Positions 9,616 to 19,808 of a stretch of 64,000 nucleotides of DNA are shown here, piece by piece. Each line of letters starts with the position of its first letter. The stretch's first letter is position 1. The notes below the pieces were generated by a model. It made no database searches. It was not told the DNA's origin and saw nothing but the letters and a program-made list of their open reading frames with translations. The stretch comes from an uncultured delta proteobacterium (GTDB lineage Bacteria; Desulfobacterota; WTBG01; CAIYCZ01; CAIRTM01): the NCBI GenBank assembly GCA_963804955.1, contig CAWDSQ010000005.1, forward strand, positions 32,001 through 96,000, read 5' to 3'. The position numbers and the translations under genes were made by a program.

Positions 9616-9832
9616 TGGATCGAAAATCAATCGTTTGCGTGTTTGGAATGCCGGCCAGGTATTTTGAATTTAAAATGATTGAAATACGTATCTGCTTCAA
9701 CGATACCTTTTACTGAAAAAAAACGACCTCTGCTGGAAATCTCCGGATTTTGTGTACTATACTGGTAGAGCCACGGATGGTTGGCACAGAGAGCATTCGG
9801 CAAACTAACACAAGACTAAAGGAGGACCATGT

Positions 9833-10156
9833 ATGCAGATCAATATCGAAAAAGAGTTTATTGAGCTGACCCCCGAACGCCCTGATGAAACAGCAAAGCT
9901 GGAACAGCTCTGGCGCATGATTGTTGACTGTGCCCGGTTCAACAAAAAGCTTGTGCCTATGGGCGAGTATATTCCTTCAAAAAGAAATATGGCCCGGTTT
10001 GCTATTGAGGGCCCTCCGGGCGATGCCGACGTGCAGGAAGTCAGAGTTGACCGGGACTGCCGCTGCTATTGCCAGCAGTGCAATAAATTCGTGGTGCTGA
10101 AAAAAGGCGACCGGATACCTCCCTGCTGCGGCAAGCTTATGGAAATCCTGGACTGA
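9833..10156 (+). CDS. Hypothetical protein with C-terminal desulforedoxin-like metal site
   Basis: CQQC...PPCCGKLME; AAGGAGGA RBS. Confidence 0.6.
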   Translation: MQINIEKEFIELTPERPDETAKLEQLWRMIVDCARFNKKLVPMGEYIPSKRNMARFAIEGPPGDADVQEVRVDRDCRCYCQQCNKFVVLKKGDRIPPCCGKLMEILD

Positions 10157-10197
10157 AGCGGTTTTTTGACAGCCGCCACTGATAAACGGAGCTTGCT

Positions 10198-11442
10198 ATG
10201 ATCGAACTGCTTACCATCGGCGATGAGCTTTTGAGCGGCCGCACGGCCGATACCAATTCAAACTTCCTTGCCCGGGCGCTGACTGAGGCCGGGCTGTCTG
10301 CACAGCGGTTCAGCTCGGTTGGCGACGGCCTTGAAGATATCCGCCGCGCGCTGACACAGCTGCTGCCCGGCACCCGTTTTCTCATTGTCACGGGCGGACT
10401 TGGCCCCACCGATGATGACTGCACTGCGCAGGCAGCGGCTCTCACCTTCGGCCGCGAGCTTGCGGTGAGCGAGGCTGCCATCGGCACTATGGAGCGCCGC
10501 TACCGTGAATTCGGCCGGCCCATGCCTGATGCGGCAAAGAAACAGGCCGTGCTTCCGGAGGGCTGTGAGCCAATAGAAAACCCCGTCGGCACTGCCTGCG
10601 GTTTTTTGCTTACGGACGGGCAGCGGCATTTCTTTTTCCTGCCCGGCGTGCCTGAAGAAGTACATGCCATGACCGGCTTTATAATCGAGTATATCCGCAG
10701 AGAATGCGGCATGCGGCAGATTATAAAAAGCAGAACGCTGAAGGTTTTCGGCCTCTGGGAATCCAGGATTCAGGAATTGCTCAAAGGCCGCCTGCCGGAG
10801 CTGTCCGCAGTTGCCCTCGGGTTTTATCCCACCTTCCCGGAAGTAAGTCTTAAGATTACCGCTGCCGGTTCCGATGAGCAGCATATAGAGCATGAGCTGC
10901 AGCTGTTTCAGGCGGCCATTCAGAAGCATGTCGGCGACTATATTTATTCGGAAAACAATGAAACCATGGAAGAGGTGGTCGGCCGCATGCTTGCCGCGCA
11001 GGGCGCTTCGATTGCCGTAGCCGAATCCTGCACCGGCGGGCTTATCACGCACCGGCTCACCAATGTAGCGGGAAGCTCCGCCTATGTGGAGCGCTCGTTT
11101 GTTGTGTACAGCAACCGGGCCAAGCAGGAGCTGCTGGCTGTGCCGGAAGCTGTGCTTGCCCGGTACGGGGCGGTCAGCGAGCCTGTGGCGCGGCTCATGG
11201 CGGAGGGCGCCCGCAAAGCCGCGGGCACGGTCTACGGCCTTTCCGTTACCGGCATTGCCGGCCCGGACGGCGGCTCACCGGAAAAACCCGTCGGTACGGT
11301 ATTTATCGGCGTCGCAGGGCCGGAACAGACGGTAGTTGAAAAAAAGTTTTTCCCCGGTACGCGGGAAAAAATAAAAATCATGTCCTCGCAGATGGCGCTG
11401 AATCTTCTGCGGCTGGTTATGATGGGCAAAGGTATTGAATGA
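10198..11442 (+). CDS. cinA: Competence/damage-inducible protein A (MoCF domain + PncC NMN deamidase)
   Basis: IGDELLSG, TGGLGPTDDD, LPGVPEE, AESCTGG, GIAGPDGGSPEKPVGTV. Confidence 0.95.
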   Translation: MIELLTIGDELLSGRTADTNSNFLARALTEAGLSAQRFSSVGDGLEDIRRALTQLLPGTRFLIVTGGLGPTDDDCTAQAAALTFGRELAVSEAAIGTMERRYREFGRPMPDAAKKQAVLPEGCEPIENPVGTACGFLLTDGQRHFFFLPGVPEEVHAMTGFIIEYIRRECGMRQIIKSRTLKVFGLWESRIQELLKGRLPELSAVALGFYPTFPEVSLKITAAGSDEQHIEHELQLFQAAIQKHVGDYIYSENNETMEEVVGRMLAAQGASIAVAESCTGGLITHRLTNVAGSSAYVERSFVVYSNRAKQELLAVPEAVLARYGAVSEPVARLMAEGARKAAGTVYGLSVTGIAGPDGGSPEKPVGTVFIGVAGPEQTVVEKKFFPGTREKIKIMSSQMALNLLRLVMMGKGIE

Positions 11443-11761
11443 ATCTGTGAAAAGCCGCCCGGTAAAGGGATTGCAGCAGAAATTACTACCTCGTATTCAT
11501 AAAAGTCGAGGAATCTGTCACCGCTGTCAACGAGGTGACAGGGTCTCATACCCTTCTACAAAAGAGAGATTCTTCGCGCCGCTACAGGTAATAGAGCAAC
11601 AACATCGCTGCTGATTTACAACTTTCTTACAGATCACTGCATACCCTGAAGATTGCAAAAAATAATTTCTTTATCTGTTCCCTGTCAGCATGGTATATAA
11701 TTATAGTTTTTGCCGCATGCCGTCTTTAAAACCACATTTTTGAAAAGGGAGGATCGGCGCC

Positions 11762-12518
11762 ATGAGAATTTTTGCCTATGTCGTGTCTGTTTGTGTGCCT
11801 CAGCCTTGCTGCAGGCAGTACGAATATCGTTTGCGCTGCTTCGGCGGACGCACAGGATTCGACGTATGACCCTTTTGAAAAGACCGGCGGGGATGCCGGA
11901 GCAGCCGGGCAGCAGGTCTCAGACCCCCTTGAAAAATTCAACCGGGGCATGTTCGTTTTTAATGACAAGCTGTATTACTGGGTATTAAAGCCGGCCGCTC
12001 AGGGCTACAGCTATGTCGTGCCGGAGCCTGCGCGCATGTGCGTGAAAAGATTTTTCCTGAACCTGATTACGCCGGTGCGCATGGTCAACTGCGTACTGCA
12101 GGGAAAATTCAAGGGTGCGGGCGTGGAGCTGACCCGCTTTGTCGTGAATTCGACATCGGGCATTGGCGGGCTGTTTGATCCGTCGTATTACTGCTGGGGC
12201 CTGACCCGTCAGGATGAGGATACGGGCAGAACACTCGGCCGGTACGGCATCGGCCACGGCATCTATATTGTCTGGCCGATTCTGGGCCCTTCGAGCGCGC
12301 GCGATACCGTTGGCCTGGTCGGAGATTCTTTCCTTGACCCGCTGTCCTATGTCAATCTGCATCTCTGGGAGCGGGCCGGCATCGAAGCCTATGAGAGAGT
12401 CAATACGGTGTCTCTGAAAATTGATGCATATGATGAATTCAAGAAAAGCGCCGTTGACCCGTATGTTTCGCTGAGAAACGCCTATCTTCAAAACAGGCAG
12501 TACGGCCTTCAGAAATGA
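11762..12518 (+). CDS. mlaA: VacJ/MlaA family lipoprotein (probable homopolymer indel just after the start)
   Basis: DPLEKFNRGMF, RFVVNST-GIGGLFD, EDTGRTLG, LGPSSARD, DPYVSLRNAYLQNR; GGAGG precedes ATG 11762, which is out of frame with the 11772 ORF across a T-run. Confidence 0.88.
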
Positions 12519-12561
12519 TTTTCACGCCGGGGCATACCGGTGCTTAAAACAGGTATTCGGT

Positions 12562-12586
12562 AAAAGCGCTTCTCCGGAGCGCTTTT
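12562..12586. terminator. Bidirectional terminator between convergent mlaA and mlaC
   Basis: AAAAGCGCT-7 nt-AGCGCTTTT. Confidence 0.7.
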
Positions 12587-13256
12587 ACTGCTTTTTGGGG
12601 GCTGCAGCAGGGGCCTTTTCAATGATATCTCCTTCGCCCTGCTTGGATTTCAGCTTTTCGATAAGTTTTTCATAGGAGCCGTTTGTCAGAAGCTCGCTGA
12701 ACTGCGTGCGGTAATTGGCGACAATGCCGACCCCTTCAAGGGTGAGGTCATATACCACCCATTTGCCGCCTTTGTTGATGAGCTTATAGCTGAGCGGAAT
12801 TTCTTCTTCCTTGAGGGTTATTTTTGAGTCGATCAGGGCATACTGCCCATCAATTGTCTCTTTGGTATAGGCAATATTTTTTGCTGAAAAGCTTTTTTCC
12901 TCTTTGAGAAACAGATCAACCTTCGAAACATAGGTCCGCTCAAGGAACTCGCTGAAAATCGCCACAAACTCCTTTTGCTGCGGCGGGGTGAAATCCCTCC
13001 AGTGCACCCCCAGCGCCCGTCTGGACATTTCTTCCCAGTCGAATTTTCCGGCGATTACCGTATTGATAAGCTTTTGGCGCTCCTGTTTCTTATCAGGGGC
13101 CCCGTAGGCCGGATTCTGCATGATCGAAAGGACTTTATCGACAGCGGTTTTCAGGTCGTCGGTAATAGTGCCGGCCATGCCCCCACAGGGGCGAAAAAGC
13201 GCTGTGCACAGCAGAACCAGGGCATACAGAGAAGTCTTTTTTAGTAACCCATGCAT
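12585..13256 (-). CDS. mlaC: MlaC/Ttg2D family periplasmic lipid-binding protein
   Basis: Signal peptide; FDWEEMSRRALGVHW, WVVYDLTLEGVGIVANYRTQF. Confidence 0.88.
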   Translation of the reverse strand: MHGLLKKTSLYALVLLCTALFRPCGGMAGTITDDLKTAVDKVLSIMQNPAYGAPDKKQERQKLINTVIAGKFDWEEMSRRALGVHWRDFTPPQQKEFVAIFSEFLERTYVSKVDLFLKEEKSFSAKNIAYTKETIDGQYALIDSKITLKEEEIPLSYKLINKGGKWVVYDLTLEGVGIVANYRTQFSELLTNGSYEKLIEKLKSKQGEGDIIEKAPAAAPKKQ

Positions 13257-13313
13257 GATTGTTCTCCCGGATTAATAGTAGAGTATTTTTCTTTTTGTTG
13301 TAGCCTCTCTTTT

Positions 13314-13343
13314 CTGTCATCTCGACCGTAGGGAGAGATCTTT
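13314..13343 (+). repeat. GTCAT-type palindromic repeat arm
   Basis: CTGTCATCTCGACCGTAGGGAGAGATCTTT matches the reverse complement of 29105-29134 at 29 of 30 nt. Confidence 0.75.
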
Positions 13344-13423
13344 AAAGCTTGATGCGCACTGCGCAACCTTCGGACTCGCTGCGCCCGAAATGGCAATTCG
13401 GCTACAGTATTTAGAAAAATGGT

Positions 13424-14656
13424 TTAAAAGCCGCACACAGTGTGCATGATTTCGATGCATTTTTCAATATCGCTTTTTTTGAGAAACATGCTTGTCGACA
13501 GCGTTATGGAGCGCGCTGCCAGGCGGCGCGCGTTTTCACTGTTTCTGTTCGGGACAATGCCCTTTAAATAGCCGTAGTCGGCCAGAGCGCGGGCATAGAT
13601 TTGTGATACTCCAAGGCCGGTGCCGGCAAAGGCTTTCAGCGCCTGTATTTTTTTTTCAGGCTGATCAAAAACAACGGTTACATAGGGATATGTTGCCGTG
13701 TCAGCAGCAGCCTGCTGTATGACGGTGATACCGGCACTATCTTTAAGTCCATCGATATAGCAGGCCGCTTTTTCCCGCTGGCTGCCTATGGCCCCGGCAA
13801 TCCGGGAGAAGGCAATATGCCCTGCCGCTTGTCTGAAGCCTGAAACCGCATGAACCGGGAACTTGCTGTCAAAATCCTCACGCAAAGCTTTTATGTCATC
13901 GCCGCGGCGCGACCAGTAGAGCTGGGGCAGGGTGAAGACAAACCAGAAAAGCAGGGGCCGGTAAAAAAGCCCGTAGCCCAGCAGCTCCAGTATGCGCCGC
14001 GCTTCCATGACGAAAATCATATTGTACCAGCTGCTGTATTTTTGCATCTCATCAAGGCGGCATGTTCAGTTTTGTTTGCAACCAGCACCCCGCCTTCATA
14101 CAGCGTGAGCCCTTTGCCCGCGGCAAGGCTGAAGAAATGAGAAGTCGCCCAGCGTGCCCACCGGCCTGCCCTTATGCAGGGCCCCGAAGGACTGGGCGCA
14201 GTCCTCAATAACAAAAAGCCCGTAGTCTCTGATTGTTTGTTCAAAACGGGCCGGATCGCAGGGTATGCCGCCCAGATGGTTAATAAGTATCGTGCCAATA
14301 TCGGAATTCGCGGCGCAGGCGGCAGCAACCCGGCCCGCATCACCGTTGAAATCCCGGAGCCCGACATCATAGGGCTCGATAAAAAAGCCTGCCCGGCCTA
14401 TGGCTAAGGCCACAAGCGGGCAGATAAAAGACGGCACCAGAATGGTTCTTTTTGGAGAAAGTTCTTTTAATGCTTCACATATTATATATAATGCCGAGGT
14501 CCCCGAGCAGGTGACGGCAGCATGGGGCGCGCCAAGGAAATTTTGAAAATCCCGGGCCAGCAGGCCGCCTGTATGCCGGCTGCGGTATGCCGCTGCAAGC
14601 TCGCGTGCCGAAAGCGGGAGCCCTGCAGTGGGGGGAATGTCTCGGAATATGCTCAT
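13424..14656 (-). CDS. DegT/DnrJ/EryC1/StrS PLP aminotransferase family (frameshifts near 14140 and 14045)
   Basis: TCSGTSAL, IEDCAQSFGA, FFSLAAGKGLTLYEGG (PLP Lys) distributed over three frames. Confidence 0.8.
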
Positions 14657-14684
14657 GGTTTTTTCATAAGGATGCGTCTATACC

Positions 14685-15779
14685 GTGGAACCGTTTCATT
14701 GTACGTGCGTCGATACCATTAGTTCAATAAAAAAAGAGGACTGGGACTTTTTTTTTGCCGACTGCCCCGAAGGGTACTGGTTCTATACAACCCTTGAGCA
14801 GTCGCGCCTTGCGGAGTTTTCATTTCATTACCTGCTTGCCCACCGTGGGCAGAGCCTGTGCGCCATCATGCCTTTTTTTACCGCCGACTTTCATGCCGAC
14901 ACCGTTCTTGAGCCGGGCGTGCGAAAGCTTGTCAGCGCTGTGCGGGCCTTTGCACCGCGGTTTCTGGTTTTTAAAACGCTTTTTTGCGGCTCTCCTTTCG
15001 GGGAGCAGGGGCTGCTGGGCATTGCTCCTGATGTGAGCGACACAAAGAGGCTTGTGCATGCCCTGACCCTTGAGCTGAAGGGCTTCTGCAAGCGGCAGGG
15101 CCTGTCGCTGCTGCTTTTCAAGGATTTTTCCGAACAGGACGCGCCCGTTCTTGATCTGCTCGGCGAACAGGGTTTTTTTAAAACCGACAGCTTCCCCTCG
15201 GCCATCATCGACCTGCCCTATACAACATTTGACGAGTATCTGGCAAGCCTCAGCAGCGGAGCGCGCAAGGATTTGCGCCGCAAGCTGAAAAAAGCCCGCG
15301 ACTCGGGCGGGCTTACGACAAAGGTTGTGGAGCGCGTGGATGACTGTATCGATGCTATCTACAGCCTCTATATGAATACCTATACCGCCGGGGAAACAAA
15401 ATTTGAGAAGCTGACCAGGGATTTTTTTTTGAAGGCCGCTGAAAACGCGGGCTCCGGCTGCCGGTACTTTCTCTACTATATCGACGGCAGGCTTGCCGCC
15501 TTCAATCTTTGTTTCGTTCAGGGCGACCTGCTGATCGATAAATTCATCGGTTTTGATTATGCTATCGCCCGCAGGTACAGCCTCTACTTTGTGAGCTGGT
15601 GCGAGAATGTCCAGTGGTGCATCGACAATGGCATCAGGCGCTATCAGGTCGGGCAGACCGATTATGAGCCCAAAACCCGTCTCGGGTGCAGGCTTGTGCC
15701 CCTGTTTGCCTATGTGCGCCATACAAGCGGGCTTATGAACCGGTGCCTGCAGGTGCTGGCAAAGTTTTTGAATTTTTAA
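14685..15779 (+). CDS. GNAT/FemAB-like acyltransferase (DUF482-like)
   Basis: FDEYLASLSSGARKDLRRKLK, LIDKFIGFDY, YQVGQTDYEPKTRLG. Confidence 0.78.
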   Translation: MEPFHCTCVDTISSIKKEDWDFFFADCPEGYWFYTTLEQSRLAEFSFHYLLAHRGQSLCAIMPFFTADFHADTVLEPGVRKLVSAVRAFAPRFLVFKTLFCGSPFGEQGLLGIAPDVSDTKRLVHALTLELKGFCKRQGLSLLLFKDFSEQDAPVLDLLGEQGFFKTDSFPSAIIDLPYTTFDEYLASLSSGARKDLRRKLKKARDSGGLTTKVVERVDDCIDAIYSLYMNTYTAGETKFEKLTRDFFLKAAENAGSGCRYFLYYIDGRLAAFNLCFVQGDLLIDKFIGFDYAIARRYSLYFVSWCENVQWCIDNGIRRYQVGQTDYEPKTRLGCRLVPLFAYVRHTSGLMNRCLQVLAKFLNF

Positions 15780-15797
15780 ATCAGCAAGAGGCGGTTT

Positions 15798-15857
15798 CGC
15801 AGGGTTGATTAAGCCCGACAAAACATGGTGGGTTCGCTTCGCTTAACCCACCCTGCG
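15798..15857. repeat. Inverted pair of GTAG/GCAG-family REP-like sequences
   Basis: CGCAGGGTTGATTAAGC (15798-15814) versus GCTTAACCCACCCTGCG (15841-15857), 2 mismatches; internal GGTGGGTT...AACCCACC hairpin. Confidence 0.6.
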
Positions 15858-15913
15858 AGCAGGTTTGCCTGCCCCAGGTGACTACATGAGGGCGAATCCA
15901 CCAAAAGGAGTCC

Positions 15914-16846
15914 ATGCTTTCAGATACCGTCCGCATACTGAATTTTGACGGCAGCCTTTTGCGGCAGACGCGCCTCCTCGAGCGCTACCAGCCTGATATT
16001 ATAGACCTGACCGGCCTCGGCTGCTCCGGCAGGCTCTGGGCGAATAAAAAGACAGCGGCTGCCATCGATGCCGCCCTGCAGCCGCAGGCGCAGCAGGCCA
16101 TCACGCTCCTGGGCTCGGGCGATTTTCATCATGTATCGCAGCTGCTCGTGAGACGGTTTGCCGGGCCGCTTACGCTCATTGTTTTTGATTTTCACCCCGA
16201 CTGGGACATCCTGCCCCCCCGCTTCGGCTGCGGGTCATGGGTCAGCCGGTCCCTTGAGCTGAGCACGGTCAGCAAGGTGCTGCTGCTGGGCATTTCATCA
16301 GAGGATATTTCAAGCCCGGCAATTCATACGGGCAATCTGCAGGCCCTGAAAGATGACCGGCTTGAGATATACCCCTGCGCGCACAAGCCCACCCGCGTGC
16401 TGCTGAGAAATGTGCCGCACAACACCTCCCTGCAGGTCCGGCGCAGCGGCATTATCAGCGAGATTACCTGGACTGAACTGCAGGGCAGGGACATGGAAAC
16501 GTTCATGGCCGGGGTGCTGCAGCGCTGCGCGAGCAGAAAAGCCTATATCAGTATTGACAAGGACTGCCTTCGCTCAGCTCATGCCCTGAGCAACTGGGAG
16601 GAAGGCCGCTTCAGCCTTGATGAGCTGCTGCGGCTGTTAAAAGTCATACAGGAAACTATGGATATTGCCGGGCTTGACATCACGGGCGAATATTCCGAGC
16701 CTGTGAAGTTAAGCAGAATAAAAGCGCTGTGCTCCCGCCTTGACCATCCTGCCGGCTATAGCGCCTGTGGCTCTTCGGCTGAAACAATCAACACAATCAA
16801 TGAAGAAACCAATCTGCGGATTCTCGAACTCCTGCTGGGCCGGTGA
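15914..16846 (+). CDS. Arginase/ureohydrolase family protein
   Basis: GSGDFHH, DFHPD (DxHxD) and SIDKD (DxD) metal-binding motifs, GLDITGE. Confidence 0.8.
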   Translation: MLSDTVRILNFDGSLLRQTRLLERYQPDIIDLTGLGCSGRLWANKKTAAAIDAALQPQAQQAITLLGSGDFHHVSQLLVRRFAGPLTLIVFDFHPDWDILPPRFGCGSWVSRSLELSTVSKVLLLGISSEDISSPAIHTGNLQALKDDRLEIYPCAHKPTRVLLRNVPHNTSLQVRRSGIISEITWTELQGRDMETFMAGVLQRCASRKAYISIDKDCLRSAHALSNWEEGRFSLDELLRLLKVIQETMDIAGLDITGEYSEPVKLSRIKALCSRLDHPAGYSACGSSAETINTINEETNLRILELLLGR

Positions 16847-17118
16847 TTGCCGGCCGCGAAGCATACTCATGGTATCAGGGGCTGATTGACCGCGTCATGG
16901 GGATGTTTTCAAGCACCGCCGGGGAGGCCGCCCGCACAAGCATCTACCTTGCAGCCTCCGCTGCGGTACAGGGCATTACCGGCGCATATTTCGCAAAAGA
17001 GCAGCGCAAGGAGCTGTCTCCGAAATGCGGGGACATACCCCTTCGAAAAGAGCTCTGTCGGTTAAGCGAAACACTGACCGGGCTGGAGCCGGACTCTGTT
17101 GATGCCGGAAAATTTTAA
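16843..17118 (+). pseudogene. C-terminal fragment of a retinol-dehydrogenase-like SDR
   Basis: AARTSIYLAAS...GITGAYF...ELCRLSETLTG resembles the SDR C-terminus; no Rossmann or catalytic part present. Confidence 0.6.
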
Positions 17119-17165
17119 AGCGCCTCCGCCGGCAGGGAGCCGCGCGCTTTTCATTGCAGCGGTTT

Positions 17166-18119
17166 TTATTCTTTTGCCTGTTCGCATATATTAAGCTCAA
17201 CGGTTATATGGGCAAGGGCGCACAAGTCCGCAAGCCGTGTTTTATACTGTTCAATAGTATAGCTTCGCCCTGTCACTACAGCGACAATGCAGGCATACCG
17301 GCCCTGCGCTACGCGCCACACATGCAAATCGGTCACCCGCGAATCGCCGTCGGATTCAATGAGCCGGCGTATTTCCCGGGCAAGGGGCGGATCCGCAACA
17401 TAATCAAGCAGAATGCCCGATGTATCTTTCAGAAGTAAACCGGACCAGCGGATGATAAGACCGGCGCCGACAAGCCCCATAAACGGATCAAGCCAGTTCA
17501 AGCCTGCATATTTTGCGCCCAGCAGAGCCAGTATGGCAAACACGGAGGTAAGAGCATCGGCAACGACATGCAAATAGGCCGACTTTAAATTTAAATCATG
17601 ATCCTTGTGATCGTGATGCTCATGGCCTGCACAGTGCGCGCTATGGCCGTGCTCATGGCCATGATCGCCAGCTCCAAGAATGGCGGCGCAGGCAAGGTTC
17701 ACCAGCAAACCAAAAACAGCTACAAAAAGCGCCTGATTATACTGGATGGCAAGAGGGTGCAGCATTCTTTCCACCGATGTATACACCATGGCAATACCAA
17801 CGATGCCCAGAACCACGGCGCTTGTGTAGGCGCCCAAAATTTCAATTTTCCATGTGCCGAAAGTGAAGCGCTGATTGAGCGCGTTTTTTCTTGCCAGTAT
17901 ATAGGCAAGCAGGGAAATGCTCAGGGCAAATGCATGGGTTCCCATATGCCATCCATCGGCCAGCAGCGCCATGGAATTGGTCAACCAGCCGAAAAAGATT
18001 TCAGCGATCATGGTGACAAGCGTCACGACAACCACGACAGAAGTCCGCTTTTCCGTCATTTTCTTTTCAGCATTGAAGGTATGATCGTGCAGCCAAAAAT
18101 CTATCTGCTGATGATGCAT
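17166..18119 (-). CDS. dmeF: CDF family Co(II)/Ni(II) efflux transporter
   Basis: SMALLADGWHMGTH, FTFGTWKIEIL, His-rich loop, DLNLKSAYLHVVADALTS; GGAGG RBS before ATG 18119. Confidence 0.88.
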   Translation of the reverse strand: MHHQQIDFWLHDHTFNAEKKMTEKRTSVVVVVTLVTMIAEIFFGWLTNSMALLADGWHMGTHAFALSISLLAYILARKNALNQRFTFGTWKIEILGAYTSAVVLGIVGIAMVYTSVERMLHPLAIQYNQALFVAVFGLLVNLACAAILGAGDHGHEHGHSAHCAGHEHHDHKDHDLNLKSAYLHVVADALTSVFAILALLGAKYAGLNWLDPFMGLVGAGLIIRWSGLLLKDTSGILLDYVADPPLAREIRRLIESDGDSRVTDLHVWRVAQGRYACIVAVVTGRSYTIEQYKTRLADLCALAHITVELNICEQAKE

Positions 18120-18569
18120 TATGCGCCTCCGGGGCTGTTGTGCCTGATTTTTTTTTGCAGTACTGTCATTACCTGCATGCTGCAAGAGCGACACGGTAAA
18201 CCGTTCTTTATTCTTTCAGATAGCACCCCTTAAGGCGCATTGCAATGACTTCTGCGAATCATTCCGAACAGGTCTGAGTGATGCAAAAAAAAATGGCGGC
18301 AGTGGGTTTTTAAACTGCTGCGCTGAGCATGAACACCCGGCATGCATGGTTGCCCGATATGCGGTTTTCAAGGATCTATAGGATTTGCAATAGGGTACAT
18401 TGTTTGAGTAATAAACCGCAGCAGTGAACCGCGGCGGACTTTACCTCACCCGGGCAGCAGCATGCAGCCGGTAAGGAGAGTGACAATCCGGTGTAAGTAG
18501 ACTACAATTAATCCGCACCGGCCTGCTGCGCGATGGCAGGCCGGTCTCGACACTCAGGAGGAACATTGC

Positions 18570-19751
18570 ATGGATGTGATACTGTTCAGTACGGTTGTCT
18601 GCTTATGCAGTACCGCCTTTTTTTTCATCATGAATATACTGAATGTCATCTTTGTAAAGAAAGTAGACCTCTACCCTGACAGCGAAGCATGCCCGCTGGT
18701 TTCCGTTATTGTGCCGGCACGCAATGAAGAAAGAAATATCCGGGCCTGTGTCAGCTCTTTACTTGACCAGGAGTATCCGTCATACGAGGTCATTGTTGTC
18801 AATGACCATTCAGAGGACGGCACGGCAAAAATTTTATCCGGCTTGCAGGCAGGGCATCCGCACTTGAGCGTGCTGGATTGTGCAGACCTGCCGCCGGGCT
18901 GGACAGGTAAGAATTGGGCCTGTGATGAAGGATACCGGCAGTCCAAGGGAGAGCTGATCATATTCACTGATGCCGATACGCAGCATGCCCCGCATTTTCT
19001 GCGCAAGGCCGCTTCAGCCATACTGCATGAACAGGCTGATCTTCTCACGGTCATACCCCGTTTTTCAACAATTTCCCCGGCGGAAAAAGCCATTATGCCC
19101 CTTTTGATATGGCTGGCCTATTCAGTGTTTCCCTTTGCCCTCATGAACAGGGGCCGCCTGAGAATAGTGTCATATTCAAACGGCGCCTTCATGATGTTCC
19201 GCCGGGATGCCTACCGGAAAATCGGCGGCCATGCCGCTATCCGCGATAATGTCATTGATGACATGACGCTTGGCCGCAGGATCAGGCAGGCAGGCCAGCG
19301 CTGTGTCGTTGTCAATGGCTCTGCCGCCCTGCAATGCCGCATGTATACCTGCATGCAGGAAATCTACAGCGGCTTTGCAAAAAATCTATTCAGGCTTTTT
19401 TCCAATTCTTTGCCAAACTGTATCGCGGTTCCTCTGTCTGCGCTCTGCTGGCTGTTTTTCTGTTTAATCTATATACTGCCCGTCTGCGCAGCAGGAGCAT
19501 TTTTCATTTTCCGGCTGCAGGGCAGCCTCGTTTCTCCTGCTGCAGCTATGGTTGCAGGGATTTGCATGCTGTGTTCTCTCGGTTCATTTATTCTGGTCTC
19601 TGCCCATTTTCGCTACCCCCGGCTCATGGCCTTTTTGTATCCGGTCAGTATTTTTCTTTTATTTACCATTGCCATGAATTCCATTATCCAGACTTTAACG
19701 GGACAAACAGAGTGGAAGGGACGGTCGCTGCACGCAGGGCCGCCTGAATAA
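18570..19751 (+). CDS. Family 2 glycosyltransferase (HpnB/carotenoid glycosyltransferase-like)
   Basis: VIVPARNEE, NDHSEDGT, LPPGWTGKNWAC, FTDAD, IGGH...DDM, C-terminal TM helices and WKGR. Confidence 0.85.
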   Translation: MDVILFSTVVCLCSTAFFFIMNILNVIFVKKVDLYPDSEACPLVSVIVPARNEERNIRACVSSLLDQEYPSYEVIVVNDHSEDGTAKILSGLQAGHPHLSVLDCADLPPGWTGKNWACDEGYRQSKGELIIFTDADTQHAPHFLRKAASAILHEQADLLTVIPRFSTISPAEKAIMPLLIWLAYSVFPFALMNRGRLRIVSYSNGAFMMFRRDAYRKIGGHAAIRDNVIDDMTLGRRIRQAGQRCVVVNGSAALQCRMYTCMQEIYSGFAKNLFRLFSNSLPNCIAVPLSALCWLFFCLIYILPVCAAGAFFIFRLQGSLVSPAAAMVAGICMLCSLGSFILVSAHFRYPRLMAFLYPVSIFLLFTIAMNSIIQTLTGQTEWKGRSLHAGPPE

Positions 19752-19808
19752 ACCGCAAAGAGCTCCGGCACAGCCTATAGCCTGCAGTCCTTCCCCTGAA
19801 ACTGCCCC

